IMG/VR virus record: IMGVR_UViG_3300027963_000035
Coordinates: 124,001-188,000 of that record
Direction: 5' to 3' (one strand)
DNA: 64,000 nt
A program made the translations under genes and the position numbers. This document shows positions 29,989-38,612 of this stretch, piece after piece (the stretch's first letter is position 1; every line of letters starts with the position of its first letter). The notes under the pieces are model-generated. The model was not told the DNA's origin. It was given only the letters and a program-made list of their open reading frames with translations, and did no database searches.

Positions 29989-30228
29989 CTTTTGCTCCTT
30001 GGGTAAGGTGGAACCGTACTAGATGTTATTGAACTCTGTGCTAAGATACTTCATATCTTCACCGCACTTTTCGCATACCGGGGTTCCGGCATCTTCATAC
30101 CACCACGGAGTAACATGAGTAACACAATCACAATCTGCACAACGCCAAACGTGACGGAGTTTAGTATCGTCGATAACAGTCCAGTTTTCCATTTTATTCT
30201 CCTTGAGTAAGTTGGAACCGTACCAGAA

Positions 30229-30531
30229 TCAACGAATCGTGTTGTTGGGCGTCTGACAAATCATAATCTGCTGCTGAGATTGTGAGGACTGATTTACCAC
30301 AGCAATCTCCATAGAGCCTTGCTGATTGACCCTGCACCAATATGTTCCGGTAGAATCACTCCAATACCGGTAGTTATTATCATAGCCCCTATAGACATTG
30401 TATTGGGGTTCAACACGATGATACTTCCTTGCCTCCACAATCGTATGAACAACAGGGGCGGCTTCCTTACCACACTGGAGACAAGCAACAAGTAATCCAA
30501 CAACTAAACTGGCAATCTGAAGGTAAAACAT
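30229..30531 (-). CDS. hypothetical protein with signal/TM segment
   Basis: Hydrophobic N-terminus, motif at 30574. Confidence 0.65.
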   Translation of the reverse strand: MFYLQIASLVVGLLVACLQCGKEAAPVVHTIVEARKYHRVEPQYNVYRGYDNNYRYWSDSTGTYWCRVNQQGSMEIAVVNQSSQSQQQIMICQTPNNTIR

Positions 30532-30595
30532 TTTCTAATCCTTTGAAGAATGTTTGTTTCGGAACAACCCACAACCGTACCAAAATCAACTATCT

Positions 30596-30898
30596 TTAAC
30601 AAGCCAAATCTTCATTTTTATCTGCGAGGTAGTTTTTGTTTTCTTCACAATCTTCTACCAAGCGAGAATACAAAAATCTTTGTTCAGGGGTATTTTTGTT
30701 TTTGTATACTAAGCCCTGCCCCCGATTCCAGTTGGGTGCAAGGAATATGGCAGAGGCTAAGAGGTCTAACTCCTCATGCAAGAAGTCAATCGTAAAACCA
30801 TTGTTCCTCAGATCATTCGCAGCATTTTCAATGTTTTGATAAACCTTGAAGTTAGTGTATGGATGAACTGGGTCAAAAACAACAAATACAGTTTTCAT
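30596..30898 (-). CDS. hypothetical protein
   Basis: AAGGA RBS, motif at 30927. Confidence 0.65.
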   Translation of the reverse strand: MKTVFVVFDPVHPYTNFKVYQNIENAANDLRNNGFTIDFLHEELDLLASAIFLAPNWNRGQGLVYKNKNTPEQRFLYSRLVEDCEENKNYLADKNEDLAC

Positions 30899-30938
30899 GT
30901 TATCTTCCTTTATTGTCTTTCACACAACCGTACCAAAA

Positions 30939-31142
30939 TCAACTATCCTTTAGACATTCCCTGATCATTTGGATTAGATTAGAAGCGTCACCCAAAGCCG
31001 CAGATTCAAAATCATTTTCAAGATTTTCAGCGACATTATCAAGGATTGTCTCGATATTTCGTAGTGCAATAGCAGTATCCTTTGACGATACAGGCCAGTC
31101 AATACCAAGAGCCTCTGCTATTTGTTTCTTGGTTATTCTCAT
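30939..31142 (-). CDS. hypothetical protein
   Basis: AAGGA RBS. Confidence 0.6.
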   Translation of the reverse strand: MRITKKQIAEALGIDWPVSSKDTAIALRNIETILDNVAENLENDFESAALGDASNLIQMIRECLKDS

Positions 31143-31187
31143 TATTTTCCTTTTGTATTGATATACCGGCTGAGAATGGATCGACTT

Positions 31188-31266
31188 ATGGAACGATGGG
31201 ATTTGAACCCATAACTCCTCTTGCTTTTAAAGCAAGTGGAACTCTATCCAGTTGAGTTACGCTCCA
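31188..31266 (-). tRNA. atypical tRNA-like RNA with elongated anticodon arm (loop UU UAA AA)
   Basis: TGGAGCG/CGTTCCA acceptor, ACTC/GAGT D stem, ATGGG TTCAAAT CCCAT T arm; anticodon arm 23 nt instead of 17. Confidence 0.7.
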
Positions 31267-31516
31267 CGATAGTTTCACAAATAGTGTCCGGTATCACGCA
31301 CTATTCAACCTTATTTAGGTTTCTATCCGACCCCTGACGCATTTATATTGAATCTGTGCCGGGAATCCAACCCGGATAGAGAGCAGCATAAGCCTCACCA
31401 TAGCCTAGTTCGGCAACCCCATACACCCATTAGATGCAGACGCTGTTTGCTGGGCTATCTCTCTACTGTCGGCAGACACACAGTTTGTATCTCGTTGACT
31501 CCACACCGTACCAAAA

Positions 31517-31795
31517 TCAATCGTTCTCGTATATGCCCTTAGTATATTCTTTTGGAATGATTGGACACCAACCTTTAGCCTTTTCATTATCATAAGGCAT
31601 CCAGAATGGAGCATCACAAGCGTCTACTACTCCGAACTTATTATTCACAAAGATATGAGGACAAAGTTTAGTCCCCTTTATTTCACGTTCTTCATAATGG
31701 TATTTGCCAATACCGATCCCAATATTAGGGCCGAAGTAATAAACTTCCTGATCCTTTTCTGGAGGGAAGTTATGACTGCTTTTCCATGTGTTCAT
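31517..31795 (-). CDS. hypothetical protein (predicted leaderless)
   Basis: ATG 8 nt after TACGGT at 31804. Confidence 0.65.
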   Translation of the reverse strand: MNTWKSSHNFPPEKDQEVYYFGPNIGIGIGKYHYEEREIKGTKLCPHIFVNNKFGVVDACDAPFWMPYDNEKAKGWCPIIPKEYTKGIYEND

Positions 31796-31801
31796 GTTTT
31801 T

Positions 31802-32011
31802 CTACCGTACCGAATACAGACTGGCGATTGTTTCACCGTCAAAGTTTTTGTTTAATTCTTTTATATACTTCTCGGCTGATTCTTTATTCTGCCATTTAAC
31901 TACAAATGGCTTTTGGTGAATATCACCTTTATCGGTAACTGGCTTGTGATCCTTATAAACCACAAACCAGCGGCCTTCTTCTTTCACAGAATAGTTATTT
32001 GATCGTTTCAT
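31802..32011 (-). CDS. hypothetical protein
   Basis: Follows tRNA-Glu; ends SVR-stop in the motif. Confidence 0.55.
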   Translation of the reverse strand: MKRSNNYSVKEEGRWFVVYKDHKPVTDKGDIHQKPFVVKWQNKESAEKYIKELNKNFDGETIASLYSVR

Positions 32012-32023
32012 GTTGTTTAAAAG

Positions 32024-32095
32024 TACCCCGTGCCGGTAACGCTCCGGCGTCCCTGAGATGAAAGCCCAGTATACTAACTTCTATACGAACGGGGC
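32024..32095 (-). tRNA. trnE: tRNA-Glu(UUC)
   Basis: GCCCCGT/ACGGGGT acceptor, CTGGG CT TTC AT CTCAG anticodon arm, T loop AGCGTTA; motif 10 nt upstream. Confidence 0.85.
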
Positions 32096-32136
32096 ATGGT
32101 TGTTTACCGTACCAAAAACAATATAGTCTATAACAA

Positions 32137-32174
32137 ATAAAAAATAAACCCCCTCCGTTTTACGGGAGGGGGTT
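32137..32174 (-). terminator. intrinsic terminator after HTH paralog
   Basis: aaccccctccg / cgggagggggtt hairpin with T-rich tail on the minus strand. Confidence 0.7.
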
Positions 32175-32206
32175 CGTATGGCCGATTATTATATCAGCCT
32201 TTAACT

Positions 32207-32461
32207 TCAACCAACCCCAAGGCTGGCGAGAATCTCAGCCGCCCGCTCTGCGGTGTTGCTGGTGCGGCCCGACCCCTCGAACCGGGGGACGTTCACACCG
32301 TGCTTCTTCCGCAGTTGCGAGAGACGCACCGACACCGAACCGGCCGTGATGCCCAGAGCATCGGCAACGTCCTGCACCGAACCGCCGGCCCGCTGCGTCT
32401 CGACCACCGTGGTCAGGAACTTCTCCAGAGCGACACCCTTCTGTCCAACTTGACGACCCAT
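32207..32461 (-). CDS. small sigma-region-4-like HTH protein (paralog 3)
   Basis: GGSVQDVADALGITAGSVSVRLSQLRKK; very GC-rich codons; motif at 32535. Confidence 0.8.
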   Translation of the reverse strand: MGRQVGQKGVALEKFLTTVVETQRAGGSVQDVADALGITAGSVSVRLSQLRKKHGVNVPRFEGSGRTSNTAERAAEILASLGVG

Positions 32462-32571
32462 AGTAGTAATCTCCTGCGTTATTCAACCCTTTGTTGCCGT
32501 TTGCCGAAGTGGCTCACCGTCGCAACGTCCATCAACCGTACCAAAAGACAAGTTTCTCTGTTTATTTCTTT

Positions 32572-32895
32572 TTATTTCTGGAATGAGTTCAGAGTTATAT
32601 TCGTTAACTCAGTTGAAACTTCTTCAAGTTCCTTCTGTATTTCCTTCTTCCTTCTCGCTAGTCTCTTAACCTTTTCGGCTTCTTTAATCTTCACACTATT
32701 GTCAAACTGTTTAATGCAATCAAGCATTAAAGTTTCAACATCATTGCCTGTACTAAAAGTTACTTCGCCATAATCGCCATCTCTAACCGTAACCCTAAAT
32801 CCACGGACATGATTACCGATTATAAAGTTTCTTCCGAAACCTTTTGATAAGAAAAGTTTTACTTTAGGGTGTAGCATACTCATATTATTCTGCAA
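32572..32895 (-). CDS. hypothetical protein
   Basis: 107 aa, C-terminal coiled coil. Confidence 0.6.
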   Translation of the reverse strand: MQNNMSMLHPKVKLFLSKGFGRNFIIGNHVRGFRVTVRDGDYGEVTFSTGNDVETLMLDCIKQFDNSVKIKEAEKVKRLARRKKEIQKELEEVSTELTNITLNSFQK

Positions 32896-33247
32896 ACCTT
32901 AGTGGACTATTGTTATTATTTTCGTCTACAGGGTTCGCAGAAGAAACAATTTCATTCACAGAAGGTTTGAAACTAACCGTCACAGAACTAGCATCACGGC
33001 GGGTCATGCCAGTCGCTAGGCAGAAACTAAGTTTAGCATCACTTTCTTCCTTCCTAAATTCCTCTAGGATTTGATCCTGAGTTACAGGTTCACCCATAAG
33101 GTTACTAACCGTACCTCCAAAGATTTCCATAACTTCACAGATTCCGCCGTACCACATAGTGGCATCACCGGGATCGCAGTTATAAATATTGAGCCTGTCC
33201 TCAATGTTGTTGAGTTTAACAGTGCAATAATAACGATAATGTTCCAT
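32885..33247 (-). CDS. hypothetical protein
   Basis: AAGGA RBS, motif at 33274. Confidence 0.65.
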   Translation of the reverse strand: MEHYRYYCTVKLNNIEDRLNIYNCDPGDATMWYGGICEVMEIFGGTVSNLMGEPVTQDQILEEFRKEESDAKLSFCLATGMTRRDASSVTVSFKPSVNEIVSSANPVDENNNNSPLRFAE

Positions 33248-33441
33248 TTTTTCTATCCTTTCGTTACTACTCTACCGTACCAAAAACTATCGGGCCGTTT
33301 CTTCCTTAACTGTTTCCATGACAATTAAATTTTCATCATAAGGAAGATTATCCAAAAAATTATGTAATTTTTCTGGATTTTCATATGGGTCGTATTTGAT
33401 TTGCCCTTGTTCATAGTAAATGTGAACGTAAAACATTACTA

Positions 33442-33654
33442 TTATTTAGCAGACCTGTATTCAACCTGAATAGTAGAATTTCTACTAACCATCTTCACAA
33501 AATTTGAAACACTTTCCCAATCAGGACTAGAGTCAATATACAACTCTTTTTCAGACCCGGGGAAGGCACTCAGTAAATATATTTCAAAACCACCGGAAGG
33601 ATACTCACCATCAACATATGGTTTATTTGTATTGATTACAATGTATTGTTTCAT
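33442..33654 (-). CDS. hypothetical protein
   Basis: ATGA overlap with the upstream gene. Confidence 0.6.
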   Translation of the reverse strand: MKQYIVINTNKPYVDGEYPSGGFEIYLLSAFPGSEKELYIDSSPDWESVSNFVKMVSRNSTIQVEYRSAK

Positions 33655-34004
33655 TCAAAACTTTTCAACAGTACCACATTTGGAAAGTAGTTCCAAACAT
33701 TACTGGGGTATTCTGAACTATTGTTTAATATGGGCTCGCCACTAATATACCAGTTGAAATCTTTCTGGTAAATATTTCTACCTTCACAAAATTTACGAAG
33801 GATACAATTAAGCCGGCTCTTGGTAACATATGTAGTGTATCCCTGATTATTAATCCCTACAGTCTTGTTGGTAATTTTAGCAATCAGGTTATTAAACAAA
33901 AAGACAAGAATCACATCATCGGCAACTTCAACCCTAGTGTTGCCACAAGAATGATTCTTCTTGTTCAAGATGCTATCAATCATCTCTTGTTCAATCTTAC
34001 GCAT
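33651..34004 (-). CDS. conserved phage protein
   Basis: MRKIEQEM...GNT.V...G..T..TKSRLN pattern; motif at 34038. Confidence 0.7.
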   Translation of the reverse strand: MRKIEQEMIDSILNKKNHSCGNTRVEVADDVILVFLFNNLIAKITNKTVGINNQGYTTYVTKSRLNCILRKFCEGRNIYQKDFNWYISGEPILNNSSEYPSNVWNYFPNVVLLKSFE

Positions 34005-34127
34005 CTTCTTCCTCAAGAGGGAGGTCGGGAAACTCCAACCGTACCAGAAACTATGTGGTTGAGAGAATGATTTAATGCGTTGATTGGTATATATAATACA
34101 TATAACCAAAAATCAAAAGGAGTATAT

Positions 34128-34595
34128 ATGAATAGCTGTAAATATTGCAATAGAACTATAAACAATAAAGGCTCTCTTGCATCTCATGAATTATGTTGTC
34201 AAAATAATCCCAAAAGAGTCAAAAGAATAAAATCACCAAAAGCAGGTGTTCAAAAAGGTTGCATACCTTGGAACAAAGGCAAAAAATTTGATGAAATAAC
34301 CTCCGCCAGTTTAAAAGAAAAAATAGAAAGTGGACAATATAAAACGTTTTGTGAATATCATGCTCGTAAATTAATAAAAAAATACTTAATACAAACACAT
34401 GGACATAAGTGTATAATGTGCGGATTATCGGAATGGCTAGGAGTCAGAATTCCCTTAGTTTGTGATCATATAGATGGTAATGCTGAAAATCATGATTTAT
34501 CTAACATGAGAATTATATGTAATAATTGCGATTCAATAACTGCAACTTTTAAAGGAAGAAACAGAGGCAAAGGAAGGAAAAATAGATATAAATAA
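34128..34595 (+). CDS. HNH endonuclease
   Basis: CIMCG..W....PL..DHIDGN..N....N.R.ICNNCD. Confidence 0.85.
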   Translation: MNSCKYCNRTINNKGSLASHELCCQNNPKRVKRIKSPKAGVQKGCIPWNKGKKFDEITSASLKEKIESGQYKTFCEYHARKLIKKYLIQTHGHKCIMCGLSEWLGVRIPLVCDHIDGNAENHDLSNMRIICNNCDSITATFKGRNRGKGRKNRYK

Positions 34596-34664
34596 AGTTT
34601 AGAATAGTATATACCTATAGATTAACAATGACGTTAATCATGTTTTTTTAAAAGGAGTTTTATT

Positions 34665-35120
34665 ATGAGTGCAACAACATCACAAGGCACAGGTTTAGGA
34701 ATGGCCCCTAACCAAGTTTGTTTAACAGCCGCTGGCCCTCACATTGTCGCTGCTGGCATTGCCAGAACAGGAACTGTAGGATCAGACGGACAAACTAACA
34801 ATTGGTGGATCACAGTTGATTTAGAAGAAGTATTACCTTTAAATCCAGATATGTATAGTGTTATACTAACACAATGCGACGAAGAAGGTGCTTTACAAGG
34901 CGAGAATGGTCAAAGACCAAACCACGGCCCTCACGTTGAAAAATACGTTAAGGTCAATGGAACTCGTTATAACAAGTATGGTATTGACGATGAGTTCGAT
35001 AACTATGATAACTGGAAGAACAATGGTTTAGCTGGTTTCGTTATTCACTCAGGTGACGGCGATCCACACACCATGCAATACGTTGTAGTAAGAAATGGTT
35101 TCTTAAGACTAAGTAACTAA
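34665..35120 (+). CDS. hypothetical protein, possibly structural
   Basis: AAGGAG RBS, followed by a terminator. Confidence 0.7.
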   Translation: MSATTSQGTGLGMAPNQVCLTAAGPHIVAAGIARTGTVGSDGQTNNWWITVDLEEVLPLNPDMYSVILTQCDEEGALQGENGQRPNHGPHVEKYVKVNGTRYNKYGIDDEFDNYDNWKNNGLAGFVIHSGDGDPHTMQYVVVRNGFLRLSN

Positions 35121-35148
35121 TAATTTAACTAAAAACACATTCGGTGTT

Positions 35149-35178
35149 AACCCCAAGACTAACCTCTTGGGGTTTTTT
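35149..35178 (+). terminator. intrinsic terminator between convergent genes
   Basis: aaccccaag / cttggggtt followed by a T run. Confidence 0.75.
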
Positions 35179-35407
35179 ATTGTACCAAACCCTTTTGTAT
35201 CTGCCAATTCTTATGCTCCATAACAACGTCGATATTATTACGAAGTAGATTATCAGGAGCAGTATCACAATACAAACTAATCATCTCGAGAATATCGTCT
35301 AAACTATTCTTGAGAATATTATCTTGAGTTAAACTCTTTGAATAAGAAAGTTTACTGGCGATCTTGCAAAAGAGTATGGCCTGTTCCTTATCCATAAGAT
35401 TCACCAT
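35177..35407 (-). CDS. hypothetical protein
   Basis: 76 aa, coupled to HTH paralog 4. Confidence 0.55.
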   Translation of the reverse strand: MVNLMDKEQAILFCKIASKLSYSKSLTQDNILKNSLDDILEMISLYCDTAPDNLLRNNIDVVMEHKNWQIQKGLVQ

Positions 35408-35631
35408 TGTGGCACAGGGGCTCCCTTAGCCCGGAGTTTATGACAACGCTGCCTTACTGCTTGAGGAGAGATCCCCAATTCATTTGCAACACTAATACTG
35501 TTTCCGCCATTCTTAACGGCTTCTACAATACTCTTGAGGAAAACGTCAAGGGGGATTCTCTTATTCTTCTTCTGAGTGGCTTCAGTTTCACCACCAAGAA
35601 TGAAATCACTAAAGTCAATATCGTCTAGCAT
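35401..35631 (-). CDS. small sigma-region-4-like HTH protein (paralog 4)
   Basis: IPLDVFL..GGNSISVANELGISPQAVRQRCHKLR; motif at 35659. Confidence 0.75.
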   Translation of the reverse strand: MLDDIDFSDFILGGETEATQKKNKRIPLDVFLKSIVEAVKNGGNSISVANELGISPQAVRQRCHKLRAKGAPVPQW

Positions 35632-35847
35632 CTAGAGTTCTCCGTGTGACACCCTCACACCGTACCAGATTCTACCGTTCTCTCTACCCAGATTTCACAA
35701 CCAAACTTCATTCTGGCGAATCTATTTGCGTCCCATTCGCTATAAGCAGATACATACCCTGCTATTCGGTTGTTCTTCCAAACAATCCAAGTATATTTTT
35801 CCATAATACCTCTATTATAATCTAATAGAGGATATTGGTCAATACAT

Positions 35848-36201
35848 TTAAACACCACTCTTAAGAGCCCGATTAGTAGCAATCTTCACACCCAGTTTAC
35901 GATTAAACATTCCGCCTGCTGGAACATTAAACTTACCCCTCAGATCACGACCATCAGGAGTAGTAATCTCCACAATAGTAAAGCCGCCCTTGCAACTGAG
36001 TTCCCAGTTCACACTTTGAACTAAGTTGTTAAATTGTTCATATTCACGCTTGCTCATATATTCGTGAATAATTTCTGGAGAGTTAGCATGATCCGGAGTA
36101 ACACAACGGAGATAAACCCGTCCGTGATAAACACGAACCTTATAACCAGTCTTACGAAGAACTTCTACGTTTGGCATTTCAATTTTAGTCAAGGTAGTCA
36201 T
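35848..36201 (-). CDS. hypothetical protein
   Basis: 117 aa, AAGGA RBS. Confidence 0.65.
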   Translation of the reverse strand: MTTLTKIEMPNVEVLRKTGYKVRVYHGRVYLRCVTPDHANSPEIIHEYMSKREYEQFNNLVQSVNWELSCKGGFTIVEITTPDGRDLRGKFNVPAGGMFNRKLGVKIATNRALKSGV

Positions 36202-36216
36202 AATTAAATTTCCTTT

Positions 36217-36441
36217 TTACCAGGGGCGGGCAGGGTCACGACGAAGAATTTTTTTCTTCTTCTTATAAAAAGCCTTAGTCTCTGATTCAACTTGTTCTTT
36301 GAACTCTTTGATTCTAGATCGTAAATCTGCGACTTTTTCACTAAATGTAAGTGTCGAAGTTTCAAAGTCCTTGCTAATCTTGTTAAGTGGAGGCATACCA
36401 CTAACAAATTTGTGCCACCAATTAGAATGTTGATCACTCAT
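36217..36441 (-). CDS. hypothetical protein
   Basis: TAATG overlap with the upstream gene. Confidence 0.55.
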   Translation of the reverse strand: MSDQHSNWWHKFVSGMPPLNKISKDFETSTLTFSEKVADLRSRIKEFKEQVESETKAFYKKKKKILRRDPARPW

Positions 36442-36761
36442 TAAAGATCCCTCTTTCTTTTAACATCCTCAACAGTATGATTATACTCTATTCCACTTTC
36501 TCGGCAATATCTGCTGATGGGATAGTATCCACTAAAACGTCCATAACCATTATCAACAAGCCACTTACCGGCATTGTATGACCATTGATCCCCATACCCA
36601 TAAGTGAAAGGAATCTTATGAACCAAATGGTCATTTACCCAAATTTCAACGGTATGGTAGGTATTACCATAAGAGCGTTGAAACCATCGACGAGCATGAA
36701 GATAAATTTTCTTAACTTCAACAAAACTGGTGAGGAGTTTTTCTTTTTGGATTGTTTCCAT
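36441..36761 (-). CDS. conserved phage protein (predicted leaderless)
   Basis: RWF....GNTYH.V....YGYG; ATG 8 nt after TACGGT at 36770. Confidence 0.7.
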   Translation of the reverse strand: METIQKEKLLTSFVEVKKIYLHARRWFQRSYGNTYHTVEIWVNDHLVHKIPFTYGYGDQWSYNAGKWLVDNGYGRFSGYYPISRYCRESGIEYNHTVEDVKRKRDL

Positions 36762-36809
36762 GCTCACTCACCGTACCAGAGGGAAAGAAAATTTTTACTA
36801 TTTTAGGAT

Positions 36810-37421
36810 ATGGATCCTGCTTCAAAATACCCAAATCAATATGATTTATGTTCCTGTGGTAAACACAAAACAATCTTGTCTAAACATTGTATCAAATGCT
36901 GCAATAATGGTCAAATAAAATATCTAACAATCAAAGATGCGATGGTATCAGCACTGCATGGACAAAGTGCAAAATTTAATGTTGTCAGAAACAGAGCCAG
37001 GGTTCAATATAGGAATATAAAGTGTCAATTTTGCGGATACGATAAACACGTTGAAGTTTGTCACATTAAACCAATCCACTCATTCCCAGAAGAAACTTTA
37101 ATATCTGAGGTGAATGACCAGTCTAATATTTTAATTCTTTGTCCCAATTGTCATTGGGAGTTTGACAAAAAGAATCAAAAACCTAGAAAAGAAAAAATAA
37201 AAAAACAAAGACCAAGGAAGGTTGAATGGCCCACAAAAGAATTACTAAAAAAACTTGTATGGGAAATGCCAACCATTCAAATTGCTAAACAATATGGAGT
37301 ATCTGATAAAGCTGTTGGTAAATGGGTAAAGAAATATAATCTAACCAAACCACCAAGAGGATATTGGAGAAAAAACAAAGAGTGCGACCCCTGGGAATCG
37401 AACCCAGAACCCCAAAATTAA
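36810..37421 (+). CDS. HNH endonuclease with C-terminal HTH
   Basis: CQFCGY...VEVCHIKPI...N...LCPNCHWEFD; IAKQYGVSDKAVGKW. Confidence 0.9.
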   Translation: MDPASKYPNQYDLCSCGKHKTILSKHCIKCCNNGQIKYLTIKDAMVSALHGQSAKFNVVRNRARVQYRNIKCQFCGYDKHVEVCHIKPIHSFPEETLISEVNDQSNILILCPNCHWEFDKKNQKPRKEKIKKQRPRKVEWPTKELLKKLVWEMPTIQIAKQYGVSDKAVGKWVKKYNLTKPPRGYWRKNKECDPWESNPEPQN

Positions 37422-37455
37422 AAGTTTCGTGCTCTGCCAATTGAGCTAGGGTCGC
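37383..37455 (-). tRNA. trnK: tRNA-Lys(UUU)
   Basis: GCGACCC/GGGTCGC acceptor, GCTC/GAGC D stem, CT TTT AA loop, CTGGG TTCGATT CCCAG. Confidence 0.92.
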
Positions 37456-37511
37456 CCGACTTAATCAACAACAAAACACTACCGTACCAGAAACAAACTT
37501 TTCGTCAACCC

Positions 37512-37543
37512 CTCCCCTCCCCCACATTAAAGGGGGAGGGGAG
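37512..37543 (-). terminator. GC hairpin after HTH paralog
   Basis: ctcccctccccc / gggggaggggag. Confidence 0.65.
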
Positions 37544-37556
37544 AAGATTAAATCCT

Positions 37557-37811
37557 TCACTCAACCCCAAGCGAGGCAAGGATAGCCGCTGCCCGTTCAG
37601 CGGTGTTGCTAGTCCGACCACCACCCTCAAAGCGGGGGATATTCAGACCATGCTTCTTCCGCAACTGCGAAAGACGCACCGAAACCGAACCGGCCACAAT
37701 GCCCAGTTCGTTCGCAACATCTTCAACACTACCGCCAGCCCGCTGCGTCTCGATGACACAGGTGAGGAAACGCTCCAGCGACACACCAGCCTGACCCTTA
37801 GCACGACCCAT
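37557..37811 (-). CDS. small sigma-region-4-like HTH protein (paralog 5)
   Basis: MGRAKGQAG..GGSVEDVANELGIVAGSVSVRLSQLRKK; motif at 37877. Confidence 0.8.
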   Translation of the reverse strand: MGRAKGQAGVSLERFLTCVIETQRAGGSVEDVANELGIVAGSVSVRLSQLRKKHGLNIPRFEGGGRTSNTAERAAAILASLGVE

Positions 37812-37894
37812 AGTATTAAACTCCCTCTTTAACAACCCTTTCTTCCAGACTCACGTTGAATCGGGAACAACCACCAACCGTACCAAAAGGAAAC

Positions 37895-38380
37895 TTACTT
37901 CTTTCTTAAACTACCTAAAAACCTGTCTTTGACACTATAAAGAACTTTTTCGTAATCTTTAATGAAAACTTCAATTTGATCGTGTTCACCTGGTGCTGAT
38001 ACATCCATACTCACATAATCCTCGCCCTGCATACCCTGTTCACTATAGTCTACTGCGTTGAGTCCCTTTTTACTGAAACCTAAATCAATAAGACTTTTCT
38101 TAAAGGTAGTCAGCCAAAGTTTATCGGTATAAATCAAACCATGCTTTTCAACATTCCAAGTTTTCTTGGAAAAATACGCCCTTAATTCAAAACAATCATC
38201 GTGTCCTTCGTAAGTGTTCAAATCAAGTTCGATTATCTTCACAAAGTCTTTAACTACACCACTCCAATAACCGCTACCTTCAGTAGAGGTGACTAGACTC
38301 ACTTTACGAATATAATGATAACAATCTGGACGCACTTTAAGGCCAGTTTCAATCCAGTCAGGACGAGGATTAATCTTCAT
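37895..38380 (-). CDS. conserved phage protein
   Basis: G.GYWS...EL..YF...W....HGLIYTD...DYSEQGMQG..YVS. Confidence 0.7.
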   Translation of the reverse strand: MKINPRPDWIETGLKVRPDCYHYIRKVSLVTSTEGSGYWSGVVKDFVKIIELDLNTYEGHDDCFELRAYFSKKTWNVEKHGLIYTDKLWLTTFKKSLIDLGFSKKGLNAVDYSEQGMQGEDYVSMDVSAPGEHDQIEVFIKDYEKVLYSVKDRFLGSLRKK

Positions 38381-38585
38381 CGTAATCATTCTCCGGTGGA
38401 AACAAGTTGTCGAAACAGGTTCCACAAGTCTGACTAATCATCAATTCCCGATCATCTGCACTAAGATGGGGAAACAAGTCTTGAATAAAACCTTGTCCCA
38501 TACTCCACTTCACATATGTGGAGGGATCAACACTAATAAGTTTCTTCACACCGCAGAGTCGGCAGGAGATACTAATGTTTTGCAT
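38370..38585 (-). CDS. small zinc-ribbon protein (predicted leaderless)
   Basis: CxxC ... IQD.FP.LS...RE..IS..CxxC; ATG 8 nt after TACGCT. Confidence 0.7.
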   Translation of the reverse strand: MQNISISCRLCGVKKLISVDPSTYVKWSMGQGFIQDLFPHLSADDRELMISQTCGTCFDNLFPPENDYDED

Positions 38586-38612
38586 GGTCAAAAAGCGTAC
38601 CAGAGGGAAACT

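Noticed and set aside
31352-31412. Additional tRNA (CCGGG TTGGATT CCCGG T-arm-like hairpin)
   Set aside because: No convincing acceptor, D or anticodon arm could be folded; at most a remnant
27038-37811. HTH triplicate as a diversity-generating retroelement TR/VR set or an assembly artefact
   Set aside because: Differences are spread over synonymous and non-adenine positions, flanks differ, and no reverse transcriptase is present in the window
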